Notes: generated by a model from the letters alone, not told the origin. Counted from the first letter of the stretch, positions 48,127-57,340 are shown. The stretch is 64,000 bases of DNA from Candidatus Fraserbacteria bacterium (GCA_037443265.1 JBBIOR010000006.1:12896-76895); one strand, 5' to 3'. Numbers and translations: made by a program.

Positions 48127-50220
48127 TTAGCGCAGCACGACGAGCTTGCGCACGGGGCTACGCCACTCCTCTCCCGAGAGGCCCTTCACCGTGACCACAT
48201 AGAGATAGACGCCGTTGGCCAGCGGTCGGCCCTCTCCCTCTAAGGCTCGCCACTGGAGTCTCGTCCCCACGGCAGAAGCGGCAAAGCGCTTCTTTCCCCC
48301 GAGGTCGAACCCCTCAACTTGTACGGAGGCGATGCCTGAGCCGGTCACGGAGAGCTGCCAGAGTCCTTGGCCCAAGGGGCTTAGGCGCAGATCTCGCACG
48401 AGTAGGGCAGCGGCAGAGCCCGACGGCCGCCGAGGCTCTCCCACCAGGCCGGCGGCCTCGAAAGTCAGGGCCAGCTCTGCGATCCTGGTCACATCGGCTG
48501 CATTGAGTGTGCTGCAGTCGGGGATCTCATCAGTAGGGGCTTTAGGCTCAGCTACATCAGCCACGCGCTTCTGCTCGTCGCTTAGCCCGCTGATGGGCTC
48601 CGGCGGCACCTTCAGGCAGGGCAGGATGGCGTTAGCCAACATCAGGGCGTCCCGGATCGTGGGGATGCCGTCCAAAAGATCCACGTCCCCCGGCGTAAGC
48701 AGGATCACGCTGCCGGAGACGACTACGACTTGAGTGGTAATGTCCGTGCCGCCGGCGTCTTCAATGAGATCGACCTGGAGGGCGAGGATGCTGCGCTGGC
48801 CCGGCTGGCTTCTTGCTGTCTTAGAGATTATGAGCTGGGCTACGGCTTCGGGCTGGCGGCTGCCAGCCTTGGCCGAAGGGCTTTGAGCTGGGTCGACGAA
48901 GAGAGTGAAGTTGAGCCGCCCGGCGCGGTTGTCTATGCGAACACTGCTTGTCTGATACGGAGGTTCCGGCACCAGCTCTTCAATGCGAATCACCTGGGGA
49001 TCGAAGAGCACGGAGACTGTCTGGACTTCGAGGCGTCCTAGGCCGACGTTGGGAAAGCCCACAACTTCCAGGGGCACGCGGCTTCGGATCCCTGAGATTT
49101 GCATGTCGGGGATTCGGAGCACCCCGCTTCCGATCATGACCGTCTGGGGCATCTGGATGGCCGGGGCCACGCTGGGATGGATGGCCGTGCCCAGAGGCTC
49201 CTCAACGAGGAAGGTAATTCTCAGATGGATGGTGCGGCCGCGCATGGCCGTAGGGCTTGCCGTGGCCTTGATCTCAAATTTCTGGCAGGTGTCATCCTGA
49301 ACGGGTACGCTCATGCTCCACGAGAAGCCTGCTCCTCCGCGATCAAAATTGGGGCTCGGTAGGCCACTGGAGGTCAGAGGAGAGCTCCCTCCCGCCAAGA
49401 ACAGCGCAAAGTCACTGATATCAGCGGATCGGGCGCTGCCCAGCGGGCCCTGGACCAGGATCAGCGCCGTCAGGCGCAGTTCATGCCCATTGGCATCCTG
49501 GTCGCAGATCTCGAAGCTGGCTACTGTGCCTTGACTGTTAGTGCGGATGGGCTCTGGGGTGAAGTCAAGCGCTCTCAGGCGATTGATGCCCCCGTTGAAC
49601 ACCAGATCCGGGGTGCCATCCGTGATGGCATTTAAAAAATTCGTCGGAGCCGGAGGGCTGCCTATGTCCTCTGTAAACCCAAGGGTCACTTGGAGCTGTA
49701 GGGTGTGGTTCTGCGCCTTGCTCTGAAGATCATTGGTGCCCTTGGTGCGCACGGCGATCCGAAAGATCTTCGCTTGGTCGTCTGGGATCAAGATGGTCAA
49801 GGGGGAGAAGCTAGCTCGAAATGAGATATTGGGGTTCGGGCCGGCGACCGGGGCTGCCGGGCCGGCGACGGCGTTGTTCCCCTCATCGAGGACCATGACT
49901 TGGGCGATCTCATCATGAGTGGCCGAGCCGAGATTGTCGATGATGAAGCCGGTGATCGTGACATCGCCGAGATCATCGGCTAGGGGATCGACATCTTTGA
50001 CTTCAAATGCAAATACAACAGCCCCATCTCCCAAGCTGGTGGGACTCATCGTCATCGGCGTATTTGCTCCCGGCTCCAAGATCTGGCTGGGGAGCGGAAT
50101 CTCCAAGAGCTGCACTTGCCCGTATCCGGCTACGGAAGAGAGAGGGCCGATCATAACCCCCAAAAGAATCCAGAGAGAATGCCAGGGCTTTACCGCAAGG
50201 CCGTCTGATCTGAGCCTCAT
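48127..50220 (-). CDS. Large secreted beta-rich surface protein with cohesin-like, dockerin-like and T9SS/FlgD-like C-terminal domains
   Basis: Start reassigned to ATG 50220 because the longer ORF crosses tRNA-fMet; signal peptide; GDVD..DG..TIRDA; ends LANGVYLYVVTV..VRKLVVLR. Confidence 0.75.
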   Translation of the reverse strand: MRLRSDGLAVKPWHSLWILLGVMIGPLSSVAGYGQVQLLEIPLPSQILEPGANTPMTMSPTSLGDGAVVFAFEVKDVDPLADDLGDVTITGFIIDNLGSATHDEIAQVMVLDEGNNAVAGPAAPVAGPNPNISFRASFSPLTILIPDDQAKIFRIAVRTKGTNDLQSKAQNHTLQLQVTLGFTEDIGSPPAPTNFLNAITDGTPDLVFNGGINRLRALDFTPEPIRTNSQGTVASFEICDQDANGHELRLTALILVQGPLGSARSADISDFALFLAGGSSPLTSSGLPSPNFDRGGAGFSWSMSVPVQDDTCQKFEIKATASPTAMRGRTIHLRITFLVEEPLGTAIHPSVAPAIQMPQTVMIGSGVLRIPDMQISGIRSRVPLEVVGFPNVGLGRLEVQTVSVLFDPQVIRIEELVPEPPYQTSSVRIDNRAGRLNFTLFVDPAQSPSAKAGSRQPEAVAQLIISKTARSQPGQRSILALQVDLIEDAGGTDITTQVVVVSGSVILLTPGDVDLLDGIPTIRDALMLANAILPCLKVPPEPISGLSDEQKRVADVAEPKAPTDEIPDCSTLNAADVTRIAELALTFEAAGLVGEPRRPSGSAAALLVRDLRLSPLGQGLWQLSVTGSGIASVQVEGFDLGGKKRFAASAVGTRLQWRALEGEGRPLANGVYLYVVTVKGLSGEEWRSPVRKLVVLR

Positions 50221-50276
50221 AAGCACAAACTCCAGTTGCAGTCTTCTTCCGTTGCTGATATAATACGCCCTGAACG

Positions 50277-50352
50277 TGCGGGGTGGAGCAACAGGAAGCT
50301 CGTCGGGCTCATAACCCGGAGGTTGCCGGTTCGAATCCGGCCCCCGCAACCA
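50277..50352 (+). tRNA. Initiator tRNA-fMet(CAT)
   Basis: CAT anticodon with GGG/CCC anticodon stem, A11-U24-type D stem, encoded CCA; promoter TTGCAG-17-TATAAT upstream. Confidence 0.93.
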
Positions 50353-50365
50353 CCCCTCTCTATCA

Positions 50366-50767
50366 TCAGCGGAGCCGGCGGAGCTTGACCCGCTCACCGC
50401 CAGCCAGCTCAAAGAGCAACTCCTCGTAAGAGACGAAGAGGGCCTTCCAGAGCGTCTCCCCCAGCGAGAGCCCCAGGGAAGGCTCCCTCCACTCAAACCT
50501 GAGAGTCTCTCCATTCTTGATCTCATACTTGCCCACGAGCCATGCTTCTTCTAAGTCGGAGACGAGGAGGTTGACCACCCCGTCCGCTTGGAACTCGTAG
50601 ATCAGCCCTGTGACCCCTAAGCTGCTGGAGAGTGCCTCCCAACGTCCGAGGAGGACCTGCGCGCTCAGATCCGGCCGACGCAGTTCGCCCGCCCCCAGGC
50701 ATCCCGTCAGCAAGCTCCCTAGAGCCAGAATTGCTCCCCAGGTCAACCCGCTTCTTCTACTCATCAT
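50366..50767 (-). CDS. Small lipoprotein (lipocalin-like beta fold)
   Basis: Lipobox LLTGC; LLGRW, YEF..DG, GKYEI. Confidence 0.75.
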   Translation of the reverse strand: MMSRRSGLTWGAILALGSLLTGCLGAGELRRPDLSAQVLLGRWEALSSSLGVTGLIYEFQADGVVNLLVSDLEEAWLVGKYEIKNGETLRFEWREPSLGLSLGETLWKALFVSYEELLFELAGGERVKLRRLR

Positions 50768-50906
50768 GGGTCCACAGCCCCTCTACTGTTAGACAGGGTA
50801 GGCCCATAAGCTCTCCTCTCCCATAACCGCTGACCATGGCCCGGGGGAAGTCGGTCCCAAGGAGTTTGACGAGAACCCTCCTTTCAGGTAAGCTCTTTGC
50901 GCCCGA

Positions 50907-50981
50907 GGCGGCGTAGCTCATCGGGTCTAGAGCGTCCGTCTCATAAGCGGAAGGTAGTGGGTTCGAGTCCCACCGCCGCCA
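50907..50981 (+). tRNA. tRNA(CAT), probably elongator Met
   Basis: GGCGGCG/CGCCGCC acceptor, TCCGT-CTCATAA-GCGGA; Ile2 not fully excluded. Confidence 0.9.
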
Positions 50982-50987
50982 CCCTAA

Positions 50988-51060
50988 GGGGACGTAGCTC
51001 AGTTGGGAGAGCGCCGCGTTCGCAACGCGGAGGTCGCCGGTTCGAATCCGGTCGTCTCCA
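50988..51060 (+). tRNA. tRNA-Ala(CGC)
   Basis: GGGGACG/CGTCTCC with G3-U70, CCGCG-TTCGCAA-CGCGG. Confidence 0.95.
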
Positions 51061-51066
51061 CCCGCT

Positions 51067-51261
51067 TTAATCTCCACAGCCCTCCTGATAGCCGCAGGAG
51101 CAGATCTTGTGGCAACCTACGATCCGCTCAAACGGCTCTCCACAGTGGGGACAGCGATTGGGATCCGCGCGCAGTAATCTTTCCCACTCTTCCAGGCTCA
51201 TGACCGGCGTAACGCCCTTTGAGGGCCGCTTCTTGGGCAGCGTGCGCTTCCGCGGCTTCAT
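51067..51261 (-). CDS. Small Cys-rich zinc-ribbon protein (64 aa)
   Basis: Basic N-terminus, then CPHCG..GCHKICSCGYQEGCGD; TATAAT 9 nt upstream of the ATG. Confidence 0.7.
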   Translation of the reverse strand: MKPRKRTLPKKRPSKGVTPVMSLEEWERLLRADPNRCPHCGEPFERIVGCHKICSCGYQEGCGD

Positions 51262-51332
51262 GCCATCAATATTATAGATCAAGGACGGGACAATTTGCCC
51301 ATGCCTTCGCCACAGGATTAGAATGGACCAAC

Positions 51333-51761
51333 ATGCAGCCAGAGGAGTTCGTCGATCTATTTCGTAAATACCTCAAGAGCCGAGGGCTCCACATCACTCA
51401 GACGCGCGAGCGCATCGCCTGGGAAGCCTTCCAAATCCCAGGTCATTTCGATGTCCCCACCCTCTGGGCGAAGTTCCAAGGGGGCCAGATCGCCCCGGCC
51501 ACCATCTATCGTACTCTGGAGCTCCTCTCCCAAGCGGGCCTCGTGCGAAAACTGCTCTTCCATGAGCGAGCCTGCTATGAGGCCAGCCTGGGCCGCCCGC
51601 ATCACGAGCACTTGATCTGCACCCGCTGCGGACAGGTCCTCGAGTTCAGCGATGGAGCACTGGAACAGCGTCTCGCAGAGATCGTCGAAGCCCACCAGTT
51701 TAGGCCTCAGAGCCATCAGGTGATCGTCTCCGGGCTCTGCTCTTCTTGCCAGAAGCCCTAA
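51333..51761 (+). CDS. fur: Fur-family metalloregulator
   Basis: GLHITQTR, H, ATIYRTLELL, HHEHLICTRCG, GLCSSC; metal specificity unknown. Confidence 0.9.
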   Translation: MQPEEFVDLFRKYLKSRGLHITQTRERIAWEAFQIPGHFDVPTLWAKFQGGQIAPATIYRTLELLSQAGLVRKLLFHERACYEASLGRPHHEHLICTRCGQVLEFSDGALEQRLAEIVEAHQFRPQSHQVIVSGLCSSCQKP

Positions 51762-51854
51762 ACAAGCCGTCCGGCCTGGGGAAGCCGGCGGCTTGTGGCT
51801 GGGTGTGTACCTGTAAGGAGGTGGTTCTCCTGCAGCCCCTAAGGAGGTCTCTAA

Positions 51855-51953
51855 ATGTCTAGCAAGCATCCCGATCATAACGGACGCTCGGTGGAAAGAG
51901 AATGGAAGCCAGGTGAAAATTGGGTGGAAATGTGCTGGCTAGAATTGCACTGA
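51855..51953 (+). CDS. Candidate 32-aa peptide MSSKHPDHNGRSVEREWKPGENWVEMCWLELH
   Basis: Perfect SD TAAGGAGGT 6 nt before the ATG; below the ORF-track cutoff. Confidence 0.3.
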   Translation: MSSKHPDHNGRSVEREWKPGENWVEMCWLELH

Positions 51954-53240
51954 GAATCCTAGCACCCAGCCCCGCCGGTTGTGGAAGCTTACGCTCAAAA
52001 GATTCGACCCCACAGGCACAGCCACTCCAGCGAACGCCGTAAGATAGCTCACGGTCTCACGGTAGCCGTTGGGCAAGATCTCCACTAGAGGAGCCAGGGC
52101 ACTTATGATGATGACACCGCCGGGCGCGGCGATGTGAACCCGCTCTTGGACGGCGATCCCACCCCCCAGCTGCAGATAGAACGCGCCCATAGCCGGCAGC
52201 GAGAGCTTCACATACGCTTCCGTTTCAGGGCCTTGGTTGTAGATCCGCTCGCTGGGAAATCTCTCCTGGCGGCCGATGTCATAGTAGGGGGGCACGTCGT
52301 CTTGGGTGAAGGAGATCGAGCCTCCTAGGCTCAGGCCAGCCGGGAAGCCCAGCTCCAAGCCCGCGCTGAAGAGGCCAGCAGCATTCAAGCCGGCGTTCAG
52401 GCCCAGCGCGAGCGCCGAGAGGCCCACTTCTTCTCCCCCTGTGGGAGGGCTAGAAGGAAAGAGCGAAGGCCGCGCCGGCTCCAGCAAGACGCTCAGCTCG
52501 CTGCGGGCCCGATTCGCCAGAGTGACGGTCTTCGACCAACGCTGATAGCCGCTTTTGATGATCTCGATGCGCACGCGTCCGGGGGCTACCTCTAGCTCCA
52601 GGGGGCTGACCCCGCGCAGCTCTCCATTGACATAGACTTGGGCTCCCTGGGGTTCTGAGATGATTTTCAGATGCGCCACGGCCGGAGCGATTAAAAATTG
52701 AGTCCAGTCCGCAGCCCACTCGTCGGGCTCCACGGTGATCTCGATCAGCTTCTGGATTTGAGCTCTGAGCGCCTTGGGATCATCGCTGAGCTGTGGGAAA
52801 GGGTTCTCATCTTGGGCCACGAGCTCCGGGAGCGCGAGAGGCTTGAGCAGCGCAATCGCCTGCAGGAGCTCAACGCCGAGTGGCTCTGTCACGACCCAGC
52901 TATAGGTGGGTCTATCGGGCAGCGTATGCCGGCCCGCCTTCAAGAAATTATCCCATGAGAAGCCGTTGGGGAAGAGCAGCGTCGCTTGCCCTTCCGGGTT
53001 GATGTCATAGACGTACACATACGCATCTCGGCTAAGTTCTAGTTGAATTTTGAGGGCTTCCTTCGGGCTATAGACTTGGCGATCTGTTTTGATCTTAATA
53101 GAAAAGGCGCTCTCAGGCGGGGAGACGAGGATCCCCTCTGGAGCGGCCTTTTCGTCCTCGGCGGAGATCTTTACGCTGCCAGCCAGCAAGATCAAGCTCA
53201 TCAGCCCATATAACATAAGACGCTTGGGCATCATCCTCAC
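51939..53240 (-). CDS. Exported DUF4384 + PEGA protein with probable C-terminal beta-barrel
   Basis: Signal peptide; DAYVYVYDINPEG..LLFPN (DUF4384); ISEPQGAQVYVNGELRG.SP (PEGA); ends GWVLGFSVQF. Confidence 0.8.
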   Translation of the reverse strand: MRMMPKRLMLYGLMSLILLAGSVKISAEDEKAAPEGILVSPPESAFSIKIKTDRQVYSPKEALKIQLELSRDAYVYVYDINPEGQATLLFPNGFSWDNFLKAGRHTLPDRPTYSWVVTEPLGVELLQAIALLKPLALPELVAQDENPFPQLSDDPKALRAQIQKLIEITVEPDEWAADWTQFLIAPAVAHLKIISEPQGAQVYVNGELRGVSPLELEVAPGRVRIEIIKSGYQRWSKTVTLANRARSELSVLLEPARPSLFPSSPPTGGEEVGLSALALGLNAGLNAAGLFSAGLELGFPAGLSLGGSISFTQDDVPPYYDIGRQERFPSERIYNQGPETEAYVKLSLPAMGAFYLQLGGGIAVQERVHIAAPGGVIIISALAPLVEILPNGYRETVSYLTAFAGVAVPVGSNLLSVSFHNRRGWVLGFSVQF

Positions 53241-53267
53241 CTCACCTCACCTGCTCAGCGTTCCCCC

Positions 53268-54494
53268 TCATAGCGGGATGACAAGATCTTTGGGAGACGG
53301 AGTCATACTATGAAATTCTCCGTCTTCATCGCAGTAGTATGTGTCTTCGATGCGGATGCCGAAGCCGCGCTCCGGATAATAGAGCCCCGGCTCAATGGTG
53401 AAGACCATGCCGGGCCGAAGGGGCGTCTGGCACCGGCCGAAGGTGGGGAAATAGGGCTCCTCGTGGAGCTCGAGCCCGACGCCGTGGCCCAGGCTGTGCA
53501 CGTAGCCTTCTTGGGCTTTGGGATCGCTCTTTAGGGTGCGATGGCCCCGCTTCTCGAAGAACTCACAGGCCAGGTGCTGATAGCGCTGGGTGATCTCTCC
53601 GGCTTTCAAGGCGCCCAGTACCGTCTCGAAGCACTCCAGCACATCGCGATAGGCCCGCTCAATCTCAGCCGGGGCGTATCCCAGGCAGAAGGTGCGGGTC
53701 ATGTCGTGGCAGTAGCCGCCGGGCTCTTGGGGAAAGAGATCGAAGACGATCGTCCGGCCCAGCGGGATGAGATCTTTGGGATTGCCCCTTGAATGCGGCA
53801 CGCCCGCATCCCGTCCGACGGCGAAGATGCACTCCCCTCTTGACTCCAAGCCGCGACGCGCCAGCTCTAAGCGGATGAACTCCTTCACGTTCGCCACCGT
53901 CAGCGGCCGTCCGTCTTCTCGGATCAGAGTGTCTTTCTCTACCCGATGGGACTTCAGAAATTCGACGACGGCCTCGAAGAGGTCACACGTCTGCTCTCCC
54001 ACGCGCCGAAGCCTTTCGATTTCAACGGTGTCTTTCGTCTCCCGCGCGACTCCAAAGATATCTCGATCGTACTCGCCTAGGATCTCGACGCCGGGGACTT
54101 TTACGCTCAGTGCCCGCAAGAACTCGTAATAAGCGCTAATAGGCCCGGTGCCGTAGAAGGCCACCCGGCCCTCTATGTTGAGGTCTTCAAAGATCCGTCG
54201 ATAGAGCTCCACGCGGGCCTCTAAATGATCGGGAAACTCTTCGAGGATCTCGTGAAGGGGCCAGCGGTCGAAGTTGATCAACTCCAGTCCTGTAGCCTCT
54301 GCTGAGGCGCGCTCCATCGAGCGATAGAGGAGCTTGGCCCGCTCGCCCCGCTTTAGGATCACCGTCCCTACGAGGTGCTCCCCATTCACCAGATAAGCAA
54401 ACGTCGGATTGGCTCTGTAGGTCCCGTCCGGCCCTTCCACGATGGCCACGTCAATTCTGCGCTCGTGCATCAATCGCTCAATATCGCTCTTCAT
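53268..54494 (-). CDS. M24 (Xaa-Pro) peptidase
   Basis: PH, D, DMTRT, HSLGHGVGL, TIEPGLY, RIED. Confidence 0.9.
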   Translation of the reverse strand: MKSDIERLMHERRIDVAIVEGPDGTYRANPTFAYLVNGEHLVGTVILKRGERAKLLYRSMERASAEATGLELINFDRWPLHEILEEFPDHLEARVELYRRIFEDLNIEGRVAFYGTGPISAYYEFLRALSVKVPGVEILGEYDRDIFGVARETKDTVEIERLRRVGEQTCDLFEAVVEFLKSHRVEKDTLIREDGRPLTVANVKEFIRLELARRGLESRGECIFAVGRDAGVPHSRGNPKDLIPLGRTIVFDLFPQEPGGYCHDMTRTFCLGYAPAEIERAYRDVLECFETVLGALKAGEITQRYQHLACEFFEKRGHRTLKSDPKAQEGYVHSLGHGVGLELHEEPYFPTFGRCQTPLRPGMVFTIEPGLYYPERGFGIRIEDTYYCDEDGEFHSMTPSPKDLVIPL

Positions 54495-55654
54495 GGGGAG
54501 CGCTCCTCGATCGGGATGTAGCGCTGCTCTTGGGGGCCGCGGTAATCCTCCTTGGGACGGATCAGGACGTTGTGGCCGTACTGCTCCAGCACATGGGCTG
54601 CCCAGCCGCTCACGCGAGCCATGGCAAAGATGGGCGTAAAGAGCTCCTTGGGGATGCCCAGCATGTGATATATCACAGCCGAATAGAAGTCCACGTTGGG
54701 GTAGACGCCCTTGGGGCCCAGGAGCTCCGTACCCACCTGCTCCACCGCGCGCGCGATGTCATAGAGTGGATGGTGACCGCGGACCTCGGCCAACCCTTCA
54801 ATGAGGGCTTGCAAGATGATGGCCCGTGGATCTTTCGTCTTGTACACTCGATGCCCCATGCCCCAGACCCTCTCCTTGCGCGCCAGCACCCCTTCAATAT
54901 AGGGACGGACGTTCTGAGTGGAGCCGATGGCCTGAAGCATCTCGATCACTTGGGTATTGGCTCCCCCATGGAGCGGCCCCTTGAGGGTCCCGATAGCTGA
55001 AGTGATGGCCGAATAGAGATCAGAGAGCGTGGAAGCCGTCACCCGCGCGGCAAAGGTGGAAGCGTTAAAGCCGTGATCGGCATGCAGGATCAAGCAGACA
55101 TCGAAGGTGCGCGCGCTCGTCTCATCAGGCTCTTTCCCCGAGAGCATGAAGAGAAAATTCGCGGCGTGGCTGAGCCCTTCCTGGGGCGCAAGGGGCTTCA
55201 AATCCCGCCGCAGTCGGTCATGGGCGGCCAAGATCGTAGGCATCTTGGCGATGAGCTTGAGGGCTTTGCGCCGGTTAGCTTCTTCTTCTTCTTTGGGTTT
55301 GGGTTTGGGGTCGTCGGCCTGAGGATCGAAGAGGGCGATGGCGGAGACCATCGTGCGCAGAACATCCATGGGCGCGGCACTCGCCGGGAGAGCCTGAAGG
55401 ATCTTCAGTTCTGCGGGGGAGAGGGCCCGCTGGGCCTTCAAGTCTTGAGAGAAACGATCGAGCTCCTCACGGGTAGGGAGCTCCCCATAGAGCAACAGAA
55501 AAGCCGTCTCCTCGTACGTGGAGTGCCGAGCTAAATCGCCAATATCATAGCCACGATAGCGAAGAACGCCGCGCTGGCCATCGATGAAGCAGATCGTGGA
55601 CTCAGCGATGACGACGCCCTTCAGACCCTCATGTAGTTCTGTTGGTTTGGCCAT
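54491..55654 (-). CDS. Citrate/2-methylcitrate synthase
   Basis: LRYRGY, HADHGFNAST, GPLHGGAN, GMGHRVYK.KDPR, PNVDFYS. Confidence 0.93.
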   Translation of the reverse strand: MAKPTELHEGLKGVVIAESTICFIDGQRGVLRYRGYDIGDLARHSTYEETAFLLLYGELPTREELDRFSQDLKAQRALSPAELKILQALPASAAPMDVLRTMVSAIALFDPQADDPKPKPKEEEEANRRKALKLIAKMPTILAAHDRLRRDLKPLAPQEGLSHAANFLFMLSGKEPDETSARTFDVCLILHADHGFNASTFAARVTASTLSDLYSAITSAIGTLKGPLHGGANTQVIEMLQAIGSTQNVRPYIEGVLARKERVWGMGHRVYKTKDPRAIILQALIEGLAEVRGHHPLYDIARAVEQVGTELLGPKGVYPNVDFYSAVIYHMLGIPKELFTPIFAMARVSGWAAHVLEQYGHNVLIRPKEDYRGPQEQRYIPIEERSP

Positions 55655-55666
55655 GAACTTACTCCT

Positions 55667-57340
55667 TCATTCCCGTTGATCTTTTAAGCGCGGCATGTGA
55701 ATTCCCTGCTCTTTGGCCACGCGGATGGCCTCTGGGTAGCCCGCGTCCGCGTGGCGCACGACTCCTAAGCCCGGATCGACGGTCAAAACCCTCTCTAAAC
55801 GCCTGGCGGCCTCTTTTGTGCCGTCGGCCACGATGACCATTCCCGCGTGAATGGATTTCCCGATGCCCACGCCGCCGCCGTGATGGACCGAGACCCACGT
55901 GGCCCCGCAGACGGCATTGAGCAGCGCGTTCAAGATGGGCCAGTCAGCGATGGGATCGCTGCCGTCTCTCATGCCTTCGGTCTCGCGATAGGGCGAGGCC
56001 ACGGAGCCGGCATCCAAGTGATCGCGCCCGATCACGATGGGGGCCTTAAGCGCCCCGCAGCGCACCAGTTCATTGAAATGGAGCCCGGCTTGGGCTCTCT
56101 CCCCATAGCCCAGCCAGCAGATGCGCGCCGGAAGCCCCTGGAATGTGACGCGCTTCTGGGCTTGGGTGATCCAGCGCCTAAGCGCTTCATCTTTCGGGAA
56201 GAGCTCTAAAATGGCTCGATCGGTGCGATAGAGGTCTTCGGGATCTCCCGAGAGGGCCACCCAGCGGAAGGGGCCTTTGCCGTGACAGAACATCGGGCGA
56301 ATATACGCCGGCACAAAGCCGGGGAAGGCACCAAGAGCGCCTGCCAGTCCGCCCTTCTCGGCTTGGCCGCGAATATTATTCCCGTAATCAAACACAACAG
56401 CGCCCATCTCTTTAAGAGCGATCATCGCCTGCACGTGGCGCACCATCGATGCGAAAGATCTTTCGATGTAGCACTCCGGGTCGCGCTCGCGCAATTGGAG
56501 GGCTTCTTCATAGGAGAGCCCGGCAGGGACGTAGCCGTTCAGCTCATCATGAGCAGATGTTTGATCTGTGACGACATCTGGGACGATGCCACGCCGGACA
56601 AACTCGGGATAGATGTCCGCCGCGTTGCCCAGCAGCCCGATCGAAAGCGCTTGGCCCTTCTTCTTGGCCTCGTCTGCCCATTTTAGTGCTTCCTCGAGAT
56701 CGTCGGTGGACGTATCGAGATATTTCGTCTTGAGGCGGCGCTCGATCTTTTGAGGATTGATCTCCACGATGAGGCCCACGCCCTCGTTCATGGTGATGGC
56801 CAGGGGCTGTGCTCCGCCCATCTCGCCCAGCCCGGCCGAAAGCACGAGCCTCCCCTTCAGTGTCCCTGCGAAGTGCTGGCGGGCCAGCTCGGCCAGCGTC
56901 TCGTATGTCCCTTGTAGAATCCCCTGTGTTCCAATATAGATCCAGCTGCCGGCGGTCATCTGGCCGAACATGATCAAGCCCTTGCGCTCGAGTTCTCTGA
57001 ATTTCTCCCAGGTGGCCCAGTGGGGGACGAGCAAAGAGTTGGCGATCAACACTCTGGGGGCATCTTCGTGGGTCGTAAAGACGGCCACGGGCTTGCCGGA
57101 TTGAACGAGAAGGGTCTCGTCGTTTGCGAGAGTCTTGAGGGTTTCTACGATGGCGTAGAAGTCTTCCCAGCTTCTGGCGGCCTTGCCCGTGCCGCCGTAG
57201 ACGATGAGATTGGCCGGATCTCCAGCGACTTCCGGGTCGAGGTTGTTCATGAGCATCCTAAGGGCTGCTTCCTGAAGCCAGCTTTTGCATTGGATCTTCG
57301 GCCCGCGCGGGGCGCGCACCTCCTGCTCGATCTTGAGCAT
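55667..57340 (-). CDS. hutU: Urocanate hydratase
   Basis: [45 protein letters not shown]; start chosen by SD spacing. Confidence 0.96.
   Translation of the reverse strand: MLKIEQEVRAPRGPKIQCKSWLQEAALRMLMNNLDPEVAGDPANLIVYGGTGKAARSWEDFYAIVETLKTLANDETLLVQSGKPVAVFTTHEDAPRVLIANSLLVPHWATWEKFRELERKGLIMFGQMTAGSWIYIGTQGILQGTYETLAELARQHFAGTLKGRLVLSAGLGEMGGAQPLAITMNEGVGLIVEINPQKIERRLKTKYLDTSTDDLEEALKWADEAKKKGQALSIGLLGNAADIYPEFVRRGIVPDVVTDQTSAHDELNGYVPAGLSYEEALQLRERDPECYIERSFASMVRHVQAMIALKEMGAVVFDYGNNIRGQAEKGGLAGALGAFPGFVPAYIRPMFCHGKGPFRWVALSGDPEDLYRTDRAILELFPKDEALRRWITQAQKRVTFQGLPARICWLGYGERAQAGLHFNELVRCGALKAPIVIGRDHLDAGSVASPYRETEGMRDGSDPIADWPILNALLNAVCGATWVSVHHGGGVGIGKSIHAGMVIVADGTKEAARRLERVLTVDPGLGVVRHADAGYPEAIRVAKEQGIHMPRLKDQRE

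Noticed and set aside
50221-50526. N-terminal extensions of ORF-track calls (48127-50526, 43831-45264, 4672-6159, 25305-26645, 10216-11427)
   Set aside because: They cross tRNAs or neighbouring genes; downstream starts fit family N-termini and promoter/SD signals.
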